A DNA stretch of 64,000 nt from Candidatus Poribacteria bacterium (GTDB taxonomy: Bacteria > Poribacteria > WGA-4E > WGA-3G), in NCBI GenBank assembly GCA_965214095.1, contig OZ243938.1, positions 4,512,001 to 4,576,000 on the forward strand, given 5' to 3'. Below, piece after piece: positions 56,578 to 64,000 of the stretch (position 1 is the stretch's first letter; each line of letters starts with the position of its first letter). The notes beneath the pieces were generated by a model, which made no database searches, was not told the origin of the DNA, and saw only the letters and a program-made list of their open reading frames with translations. Both the position numbers and the translations under genes were made by a program.

Positions 56578-57666
56578 TTAAGTTATATGAGATACAAAAG
56601 GCAATTTGACAACTGTCCCGTCAACCTTACCTTCTGTTGTCTTAATCTGAATAGAGTAGCCCTGTTCAGTGTGTGCCATTCTGATGTATCCCAATGCAAT
56701 GTGTTTATCAAGTGTAGGTGAATAAGCAGAACTGGTGACCCATCCGATTTCTTTGTCATCAACGATAATAGACGATTCTTGTGGCACAGATTCATCGGCA
56801 TCTATTTCTATTCCACGCAACAATCGGTTGGGATGTCCACGATATTTCATGCGTGCGACTATCTCTTGTCCGATATAACACCCTTTTTCAAAATCAATAG
56901 CATGGTCTAATTCTGCTTCAAGCGGGAAAATTGAATCTGTCAGTTCAGTTTCGTATCTTGGTGTACCCGCTTCAATTCGTAGTGCTTCACGTGCTTCCCA
57001 CCCAATCGGGGTGATATCCTCTCTTTCAGCCATTATTTTGTTCCATAGCCATACTAATGTGTCTGATGATGCATAAAGATGGTATCCATATTCTCCCACG
57101 TTATGTGCACTTACACATCCAATCCATTGGTCATCAATTTCAGAACTGCGAGAATGATGTTCTGGTAATGTGCTAAGGTCTTCTAAATTTAGAACAGACT
57201 CCACCAGTTCAATTGAATGTGGTCCGTAGACTGCAATTGCGCCGACTTTACCTGTTTCAATAGTTAATTCTACATCATCCGCGATGATATATTTATCCAA
57301 TTCTGTGTAGACTTGTTGTTCACATTCGGGGGCAGTACTGATATAGATTTTATCCTCAAAGTTATACACCCGGAGATCACCGATAATTTTACCACGATTT
57401 GTTAAGAGTGTGGCGTAATTTCCTTCACCGACAGATAGGTTTTCAACATCGTTTGATATAATACGGTGTAAGAATTTCGCACGATCTTCACCCGTTAAAC
57501 ATAGTGTGCTAAGGTATGATATATCTACAATTCCGATATCAGACCTAACCATTTTATTTTCATGATTAGGTTTTGTATAAACTAATGGTATATTCCATCC
57601 TTCGTGCAATTCCACAAAGGTTGCATCAAGTGTTTGATGTATTTCGTAAAGTGGTGTGTTTTTCAT
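56578..57666 (-). CDS. GcvT-family folate-binding protein (YgfZ/CAF17-like)
   Basis: TPLYEIH, LRIEAG, and the KGCYIGQE signature of YgfZ-type proteins. Confidence 0.88.
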   Translation of the reverse strand: MKNTPLYEIHQTLDATFVELHEGWNIPLVYTKPNHENKMVRSDIGIVDISYLSTLCLTGEDRAKFLHRIISNDVENLSVGEGNYATLLTNRGKIIGDLRVYNFEDKIYISTAPECEQQVYTELDKYIIADDVELTIETGKVGAIAVYGPHSIELVESVLNLEDLSTLPEHHSRSSEIDDQWIGCVSAHNVGEYGYHLYASSDTLVWLWNKIMAEREDITPIGWEAREALRIEAGTPRYETELTDSIFPLEAELDHAIDFEKGCYIGQEIVARMKYRGHPNRLLRGIEIDADESVPQESSIIVDDKEIGWVTSSAYSPTLDKHIALGYIRMAHTEQGYSIQIKTTEGKVDGTVVKLPFVSHIT

Positions 57667-57691
57667 TTTCTTCCTATATTATATCACGGAA

Positions 57692-60600
57692 TTAGAACAT
57701 CTGTTCCAAACGCCAAAGAATTAATAGTTTCCGTGCCGAAGATTCTACATTGAGTGGCAGCGCGAATTCAAACACAGAGTTTAAAGGCAAATCAACACCT
57801 GGTGGACGGACAAAGATTGATATTCCAATACCAGCAGAAAATTTGAAATCATTCAATGAAAAATTGGTAAGCGGGTTTTCATCATACCACCAAACTTGTC
57901 CTGCATCCAAAAAAGTGCTGAGTGCCCATCCGATTGAAACATCTGAAAAGCCTTCAATATAGGTTATATCCACATATCGGTGTTCAAGATTCAGCACAAA
58001 TCGTCTATCCCCTACAAATGAGTTGTGTCTAAAACCGCGAAGATTTGGTAATCCACCAAGGTAAAATAGATGTTGTGTTGGTAGTCGTCCATCAGAGAAA
58101 TCGGTAAGCATACGGACATTTAGATTATGTTTACCAATCAATGGCGTGTATCGTATTAATTCCAATTGATAAGCATTATATGTCCAATCTCCACCGAGGC
58201 TGCCGCCAACTATTTCTATACCAATATTTCCTCGCCAACCTCGTCGTGTTTGTGGATTGGGTCTCAGAATCATCTGGCTCGCGAGATTGTCAGCACCATC
58301 CAGAGTTGATTTATGATCTCGTGTGTCAAAAGTGTATCTTAATGAAACGATGTTTTGTGTGCCAGTGTCTATCCGTTGATTTCCGAGTTTGACTTTGCTT
58401 CTATTGTAGTAACTCCAATCCGTTGATTTGAATAGATTATCATGATCCTCATAAGTCAATTCAAGTCTTAATTGAGATGATTGCCCAAATTTCTTTGCAA
58501 TCCAGACATGTTCTCCCTGACTTTGAAAAAAATGGTCAACAGAAGTCCCGTAGAACGAATCGCTTAGATTAAATTCAGCAGGTAATAAACGGAAGTCATT
58601 TATACTCTTATTCGTTAATTTGTATGAACCCACCCCTATAGTCAATGGGAAACGTGTGAAAAATGTATTTTCCACACCGACTTGATAGTTCAAAATACGA
58701 CTTGATACTCCGAGACTGAATGAACCGAAGAGATGTTCTTCATCCAAGAGATGGGTTGATAAGTTTCCACCCGCACCTAATACTAACCCGTGCACACGAT
58801 TGAATCCGAGTATTGGAAACCAACCGGATTTTACTAACGGATGTTCAATTATATCTACAATTAGAACATTTTTGCCACCTTCTTTTTGTGCTTGCCAATC
58901 GCCAACCGACTTGAAGGCATCATTGTTCTTTTTGAGTTCTTTCTGTAGGTTATTGATCTTGTTTTGACCTAAAGAGTGAAAATATACACCTTCGCTATCC
59001 AAATCCAATGCAGTAGTTAGTACCGACTCTGGAATACGACGATTGCCAGTAAACCGAATTTCATCAATACTGCCCTCGCTAATGTTATACTGTAATTGGT
59101 CGTTGGTATATTCATGTGTGACATTTGCAAATGAGAAGCCGCGGTTTAAATAGAAATCTTGAATGATTTGTTGCTTCAAGTGTATATTTATTTTAGCATA
59201 ATAACCTGGAAACAGATCAACCCAACGTTTGATGAAAAGTGCGGGAAAACTCCTATTCCCACGGATGTTTATTTTCTCTGCAAACTGCACATTTGCTTCG
59301 GTCACACTGATTTTCACATTGACTTTCAACAGTCCTTCCTTCGGTAGACCATCATTCTTGACAGTGTCGGTATCATCCGTTGTAGAAGTGCTTGGTGGAT
59401 TTGTTGGTGCGGATTTAGTTTCTTCTTGTTCCACAATAGTAGTAGTCAATTCCACCTTTTCAAACCAATCCAAATTCTCTAAATGCAAAATTAGGTAAGA
59501 CAATTGTTCGTTTGTAATTGTAGCACCAATTGTAATCGGAATTCCTCCTAATAGGACATCAGAAGGAATTGTCCTGTTTCCCTCAATTTCAATAGTATTC
59601 ACTATAAAATAATCTGATATATCAAACGTGTCTGGGAATAGTGGGTGTTTCGCAACTAACTTTAATTTTCCCATTCCCTCTTTCCAATGGGGCCACCACG
59701 GATATTCTTCATCATACATAGGCAACCAGTAACTATACTCACGATGAACAACCGGATTTATATCGTTGCCTACATCCTTTTTCAATTGTGAATTGCGAAA
59801 AACGTTGAGGAGCCAAGTTTCACTTCCGTCTGTTTTCTTCGTTTTTCGTGGAATAGCTGCTTCTAAACTCCAATAATTAGCATTGATTTTAGTTGCAACT
59901 TTTGCATTTGAATTCCATGAACTATCAGCCTTGAACTGGACGACTGAACTATCACTCTTTTCTCTTTTTACGCCACTGGGTGCGAATCGGAAATTTGGGA
60001 AACCAACTTTTGTGACCATTTGATCGAACACACCTCCAATCGGATTGATGATAAGATGTGAATACACTTCAGTTTTTGGATCCATATCAAGCAGGATTTC
60101 AATAGATTCATCTTCCCAGATAGGTGAATCAAGTTGTGTTTGTGACACGCGCGGAACTTGTGATTCCTGTATGAACGCTCTTGCTCCAATATAAAAGTTG
60201 TCTGTGTCATACATCATATACACATCTGTCTGATTTTCAGCGGTTTCTGTCCCCGCGGGATTCTGAAATGCTGAGAGTGTATTTGAATATAGCCAGGTTC
60301 TTTCGGATAAATCTCCATCAATCGTTGGTGGTTCTGTGGCTAATGGGATAGGTAACTCGCTATTAGATGCTGGTAATTCTTGATCACTTCCCTGATTGGC
60401 ATCATTGGATTTACTACGTAATCTTGGATTCGTTAGTATTGAGATTGCATCGGTGGCATTTAAACGGAGCAGTGGACCTCCCTCGTTGATGATACCGATA
60501 TTATTTTCAATGTCGGATGGTAGATTTATAAGATACTGTTGTTTTTCACTATTGAGTTCAACATCAGCAGAATAATTGATCGGAAGGAGTAGCTTGATAT

Positions 60601-61387
60601 TACCACCCGATGCAGTTATATCGAGTGGGGCAGGAAGGTCGTCAAGTACGGATAGATCAATCGAACCTTTTTGCGTTTTTATTTCGCTCTGTCCAGGTGT
60701 CAATAGTATTTGTCCATGAATGCGTCCACTATATGTTTCCACTTGATAGATTCCCGTGGTCTCATCCAAATGGACGTTTCCCAACTCATTGGTTATTTTT
60801 ATTTTTCCGCGTAAGTGATGAATGTAGACATCTCCAACTCTAATCCTGAGATCTACAGCAATATCTGGCGGTGTTTTAATTTCATAGTTTAGTTGCAAGT
60901 CTTTTTTTAAGTCGGATGTGCTTTTTTTATTGTTTGTCTGATCGGGGATGTCTTCTGGTAACTGCGAATTCAACTGAAGCACTCCATCTTTTTGAGTGTT
61001 TGTTAATCTGATTTTTTCCAAATATTCCTTTGTAAAGAGTGGATTTTCCACGAGTACGTGTTTTTCCAGTTTAACACTAATGGTATCTTTGACTTCTACA
61101 TTACTGTCAATCGCCAATATTTTTATATTACCGGGTATGTCTAAATGGAGTTCTATTTTGAAGGTGTCGGCATACCTAAAGGTATTTTCTATGGTTGGTG
61201 GGGAAGAAGTATTGGAAGGTGTTTGTGTCAGGTCTTTTTCCGATTGATCACTAAGGGTTGTAGAACGTTCAGTGCCAGTCTGCACAACGTTGAGTGCGTC
61301 TATTGACTGGACTGATGTACAAATTCCTAATAGGACAAGACAAATTATGCTTTGCCAATAACCTGACGTAATCATAAATCTCAACAT
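57692..61387 (-). CDS. Omp85/BamA-TamA-family protein with N-terminal DUF4097-like and CBM9-like domains and about 3 POTRA repeats
   Basis: Signal peptide; beta-repeat region ending INEGGPLLRL; PPTIDGDLSE..YDTDNFYIG..WEDESIEILLD..WSLEAAIP; IEIEGNRTIP/INIRGNRSFP/IRFTGNRRIP; LGGLPNLRGF, FLDAGQVW, SAGIGI; terminal Phe. Confidence 0.82.
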   Translation of the reverse strand: MLRFMITSGYWQSIICLVLLGICTSVQSIDALNVVQTGTERSTTLSDQSEKDLTQTPSNTSSPPTIENTFRYADTFKIELHLDIPGNIKILAIDSNVEVKDTISVKLEKHVLVENPLFTKEYLEKIRLTNTQKDGVLQLNSQLPEDIPDQTNNKKSTSDLKKDLQLNYEIKTPPDIAVDLRIRVGDVYIHHLRGKIKITNELGNVHLDETTGIYQVETYSGRIHGQILLTPGQSEIKTQKGSIDLSVLDDLPAPLDITASGGNIKLLLPINYSADVELNSEKQQYLINLPSDIENNIGIINEGGPLLRLNATDAISILTNPRLRSKSNDANQGSDQELPASNSELPIPLATEPPTIDGDLSERTWLYSNTLSAFQNPAGTETAENQTDVYMMYDTDNFYIGARAFIQESQVPRVSQTQLDSPIWEDESIEILLDMDPKTEVYSHLIINPIGGVFDQMVTKVGFPNFRFAPSGVKREKSDSSVVQFKADSSWNSNAKVATKINANYWSLEAAIPRKTKKTDGSETWLLNVFRNSQLKKDVGNDINPVVHREYSYWLPMYDEEYPWWPHWKEGMGKLKLVAKHPLFPDTFDISDYFIVNTIEIEGNRTIPSDVLLGGIPITIGATITNEQLSYLILHLENLDWFEKVELTTTIVEQEETKSAPTNPPSTSTTDDTDTVKNDGLPKEGLLKVNVKISVTEANVQFAEKINIRGNRSFPALFIKRWVDLFPGYYAKINIHLKQQIIQDFYLNRGFSFANVTHEYTNDQLQYNISEGSIDEIRFTGNRRIPESVLTTALDLDSEGVYFHSLGQNKINNLQKELKKNNDAFKSVGDWQAQKEGGKNVLIVDIIEHPLVKSGWFPILGFNRVHGLVLGAGGNLSTHLLDEEHLFGSFSLGVSSRILNYQVGVENTFFTRFPLTIGVGSYKLTNKSINDFRLLPAEFNLSDSFYGTSVDHFFQSQGEHVWIAKKFGQSSQLRLELTYEDHDNLFKSTDWSYYNRSKVKLGNQRIDTGTQNIVSLRYTFDTRDHKSTLDGADNLASQMILRPNPQTRRGWRGNIGIEIVGGSLGGDWTYNAYQLELIRYTPLIGKHNLNVRMLTDFSDGRLPTQHLFYLGGLPNLRGFRHNSFVGDRRFVLNLEHRYVDITYIEGFSDVSIGWALSTFLDAGQVWWYDENPLTNFSLNDFKFSAGIGISIFVRPPGVDLPLNSVFEFALPLNVESSARKLLILWRLEQMF

Positions 61388-61509
61388 AATAGTGAATAGG
61401 GTGAAGCTATGAAAAGGTGGATCAGAATAATAGATATGGTGTTCGACTGCATCGCTTGTATTGTGAACGACACACAGATATCTTATTTACTACCCCAATT
61501 TTAAAAGAC

Positions 61510-61553
61510 TTGACACGTATTATATAATACTTTATACTTATTATTAAAGTCAA
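61510..61553. promoter_or_regulatory. Overlapping divergent sigma70 promoters
   Basis: Plus strand TTGACA(61510)-17-TATACT(61533); minus strand TTGACT(61553-48)-18-TATTAT. Confidence 0.6.
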
Positions 61554-61676
61554 GACGTTTATTGGATTGTAGTAACTGTTTGCAGTTATATTTCGTTAAC
61601 GTATAGGTACGTTACATTGCTATAAAGACAATAAAGGGGTGTGTTCACATACTTGTTGTCACGGAGTAATATTTAG

Positions 61677-62720
61677 ATGTCCAATTCGCTTACAGAATAT
61701 CGTTTTTCATTCGGTCCTTGGAATATACACGAGGGTGCTGACCCATTTGGACCACCTGTTCGGGACTCCTATAGTTTTGATGAAAAGGTAAGTTTTTACC
61801 GGGATCTCGGTTTTGTCGGTATTCAATTTCATGATGATGATGTCGTTCCTGACATTGATGGCAAAACGCATTCAGAATTAATCTCACGTACACGAAGCGT
61901 TAAAGCACAACTTGATGACCAAGGTTTGACAACAGAGGTAATAGCACCACGCCTATGGGAATCACCACAGACGATTGATGGAGCTTTCACTTCAAACTCA
62001 GCAGAAGAGAGACATTATGCGATTGAACGATCGAAACGTTGTATAGACATTGCCAACGTCCTTGAGTGCAAGAACTTTGTGTTGTGGCTTGCCCGGGAAG
62101 GCACTTATATCCGTGAAACAAAGCACTCTGCAAACGCGGTCGGACATATATTAGATGCCATTAATGTGCTACTTGACTATGACCCGGAGATACGTATTCT
62201 AATTGAACCAAAGCCGAATGAACCGATGGATATTGCTTATATTCCAACAATAGGACACGCTATCGGTTTATCATACTCAAGCACAGATCCTGAACGTGTT
62301 GGTGGATTAATAGAGAGCGCGCATGCTATACTTGCAGGGTTGGAACCATCAGATGAGATGGGGTATGCCCTTTTCCATAAGAAACTGTGGAGTGTGCATC
62401 TGAATGACCAGAACGGACTGAAGTTTGATCAGGATAAGGCGTTCGGTTCTGCCAATTTAAGACGTGCTTTTAATCAAGTGCGCGTCCTTGAAGAGAACGG
62501 ATACGGAAGAAATGGAGAATTTGTCGGCTTAGATGTTAAAGTGATGCGGACCCAACCGCGCGATATTTCAACGAAACATCTACTGAGTAGTCGGAGGACG
62601 TTTCTTAATTTGCTCGAAAAAGTGAGAACATTTGACAGAAAAGTAGAACAGGAGTTTATTGCAGCACGAGATTATGAAGGATTAGATTTTTATATTCTTG
62701 AGCATCTACTTGGAAAATAA
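61677..62720 (+). CDS. xylA: Xylose isomerase family protein
   Basis: FSFGPWN..GADPFG, FHDDD, WLAREG, IEPKPNEP, ESAH, HLNDQ, FDQD. Confidence 0.85.
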   Translation: MSNSLTEYRFSFGPWNIHEGADPFGPPVRDSYSFDEKVSFYRDLGFVGIQFHDDDVVPDIDGKTHSELISRTRSVKAQLDDQGLTTEVIAPRLWESPQTIDGAFTSNSAEERHYAIERSKRCIDIANVLECKNFVLWLAREGTYIRETKHSANAVGHILDAINVLLDYDPEIRILIEPKPNEPMDIAYIPTIGHAIGLSYSSTDPERVGGLIESAHAILAGLEPSDEMGYALFHKKLWSVHLNDQNGLKFDQDKAFGSANLRRAFNQVRVLEENGYGRNGEFVGLDVKVMRTQPRDISTKHLLSSRRTFLNLLEKVRTFDRKVEQEFIAARDYEGLDFYILEHLLGK

Positions 62721-62780
62721 CATTGATGTGAAGGTCTATACTGTATTACAATTGATATTTGAGTTTAATCCAGATAGAGT

Positions 62781-63482
62781 TTGAAATTAAGGATAGTAGG
62801 GAAAACAAAAAGAATGAGATCAGAGAAACCACCTATATGCAAGGAGAAGTTGGTCTTGCCAGAGTTAGAACACTCTTATAGGTCTGTAGTGTTAGTCGGT
62901 CCACCAGGTGTCGGTAAGGGGACTCAGGGAAAACTGTTGTCAAAAATCCCAGGCATATTTCACATTTCCAGTGGAGATATGTTCCGAGAACTTGATGAGG
63001 AGTCCGATTTAGGTCAGATATTTCATGATTATGCTTCACGTGGTAAGTTAGTGCCTGACGATATTACGGTGAAAACGTGGCAGAGATATGTGAAAAACAA
63101 AGTGAAGCAAAAGATCTATAATCCGGAAACGGACTTGCTTATTCTTGATGGTATCCCTCGGAACATAGAGCAAGTTGAATTATTATCTCCACACATTAAG
63201 GTACTTAAAGTGCTTTACATGGTATGTGAAGACCGCGAAGTGATGTTTGAACGTATTCGTGGACGTGCCATCAAAGAACATCGCAATGACGACTCAGATG
63301 AATTCGTCGTTCGGTATCGGTGGGATTATTATAAGCAGTTTACCGAACCGATTATTGACCACTATCCGCAAGAGTTGGTAAGAATTATTGATGCCGACAC
63401 AATCCCAGCAGATGTGCTGAATCAGATTTTAAGTGCCCTCGTTCCGATTCAGAAGGATTGCTTTTCTCCTCCGAATATTTAA
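62781..63482 (+). CDS. adk: Adenylate/nucleoside monophosphate kinase (short LID); start may be further downstream
   Basis: GPPGVGKGTQ, HISSGDMFR, GKLVPD, ILDGIPRN, RNDD. Confidence 0.85.
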   Translation: MKLRIVGKTKRMRSEKPPICKEKLVLPELEHSYRSVVLVGPPGVGKGTQGKLLSKIPGIFHISSGDMFRELDEESDLGQIFHDYASRGKLVPDDITVKTWQRYVKNKVKQKIYNPETDLLILDGIPRNIEQVELLSPHIKVLKVLYMVCEDREVMFERIRGRAIKEHRNDDSDEFVVRYRWDYYKQFTEPIIDHYPQELVRIIDADTIPADVLNQILSALVPIQKDCFSPPNI

Positions 63483-63526
63483 TTCCACAATTGTTTTGTA
63501 ATATCTAATTTGCGGACAATACTCGT

Positions 63527-64000
63527 CTATTTAACCTGACGATATATTCGTATCTCAGGATGTATCAGTGCACGCATGGGAAATGGTGTGTCATTATCAG
63601 ATATTGTTATACCTAAGAACTGTGGCACTCGTTGGAAGGTCTTCTGTAATTCATAACGGCTACTCTCCCCTAAAATCTTATCATAATATTGTAGAGTCTC
63701 TTCAATACCTACCCCTTTTAGTGGATACCAGTCTATTTCTTCATACGCTATTGGCTTCTGTTCATATTTTTGGAATACTTCCATGTTTGGATAAATAACT
63801 AAAGCCCATTCAGCATCTTCGTCTGTTAGTTCTATATCAAATTCAGGTACGAGCCAATCAAATAGTATCTCTGGTGCATGTGAAACTGAACTTTCGTGTG
63901 AGATGTTTTCGGATGCCCACGCTGATGCTTCTTGTCCTGTAGGTTGCGACATCATTACTGAAGCAAAAGCAACAGTATAGACGAATGAATATAACCATAT
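63527..64000 (-). CDS. C-terminal part of a membrane protein that starts beyond the window (possibly GT-C/ArnT-like)
   Basis: Frame is open from 64000 (IWLYSFVYTVAFASVMMSQ...) through HPEIRIYR: last TM segment followed by a soluble tail. The family call is tentative. Confidence 0.55.
   Translation of the reverse strand: MWLYSFVYTVAFASVMMSQPTGQEASAWASENISHESSVSHAPEILFDWLVPEFDIELTDEDAEWALVIYPNMEVFQKYEQKPIAYEEIDWYPLKGVGIEETLQYYDKILGESSRYELQKTFQRVPQFLGITISDNDTPFPMRALIHPEIRIYRQVK

Noticed and set aside
1-64000. CRISPR array, rRNA or tRNA genes, prophage
   Set aside because: No regularly spaced direct repeats, cas genes, tRNA/rRNA signatures or phage structural genes were seen. The repeats are dispersed palindromes or protein-coding repeats.

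Overview
64 kb of AT-rich bacterial chromosome. The gene content (WD40 protein with a dockerin-like and 'NYPNPFNPETWIP..RKMLILK' C-terminal module, sulfatase, DUF1501, many sugar-acid enzymes, dense palindromic repeats) suggests Candidatus Poribacteria or a relative; this is an inference. Most genes are carbohydrate catabolism, transport or housekeeping. Main observations: (1) One ORF (40364-42121) fuses an ECF sigma factor to a complete FtsZ-like GTPase core. It has a strong internal RBS+ATG at the domain junction and no cell-division genes nearby. (2) A TnpB-only IS200/IS605 element (42070-43454) has inserted into the 3' end of that gene after TTTAA. Both ends can be placed from the Y1 guide-pairing rule, and removing the element restores a 618-aa frame. 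(3) An 87-bp internally deleted copy of the same element sits after TTTAA in the 3' end of comF. (4) A 1231-aa Omp85-family barrel carries adhesin-like and CBM9-like N-terminal domains. (5) Intergenic elements are modular: different TIR 'wrappers' enclose interchangeable GTAG-REP-like hairpins. Also present: a putative type II R-M pair, PcfJ-like + VapBC genes, a TPAT (TatT/TatP) pair, a PorV-like gene beside a CTD-bearing cargo gene, and a redoxin gene broken by one in-frame TGA. No rRNA, tRNA or CRISPR array was seen. All product calls come from motif recognition by eye, not database searches.
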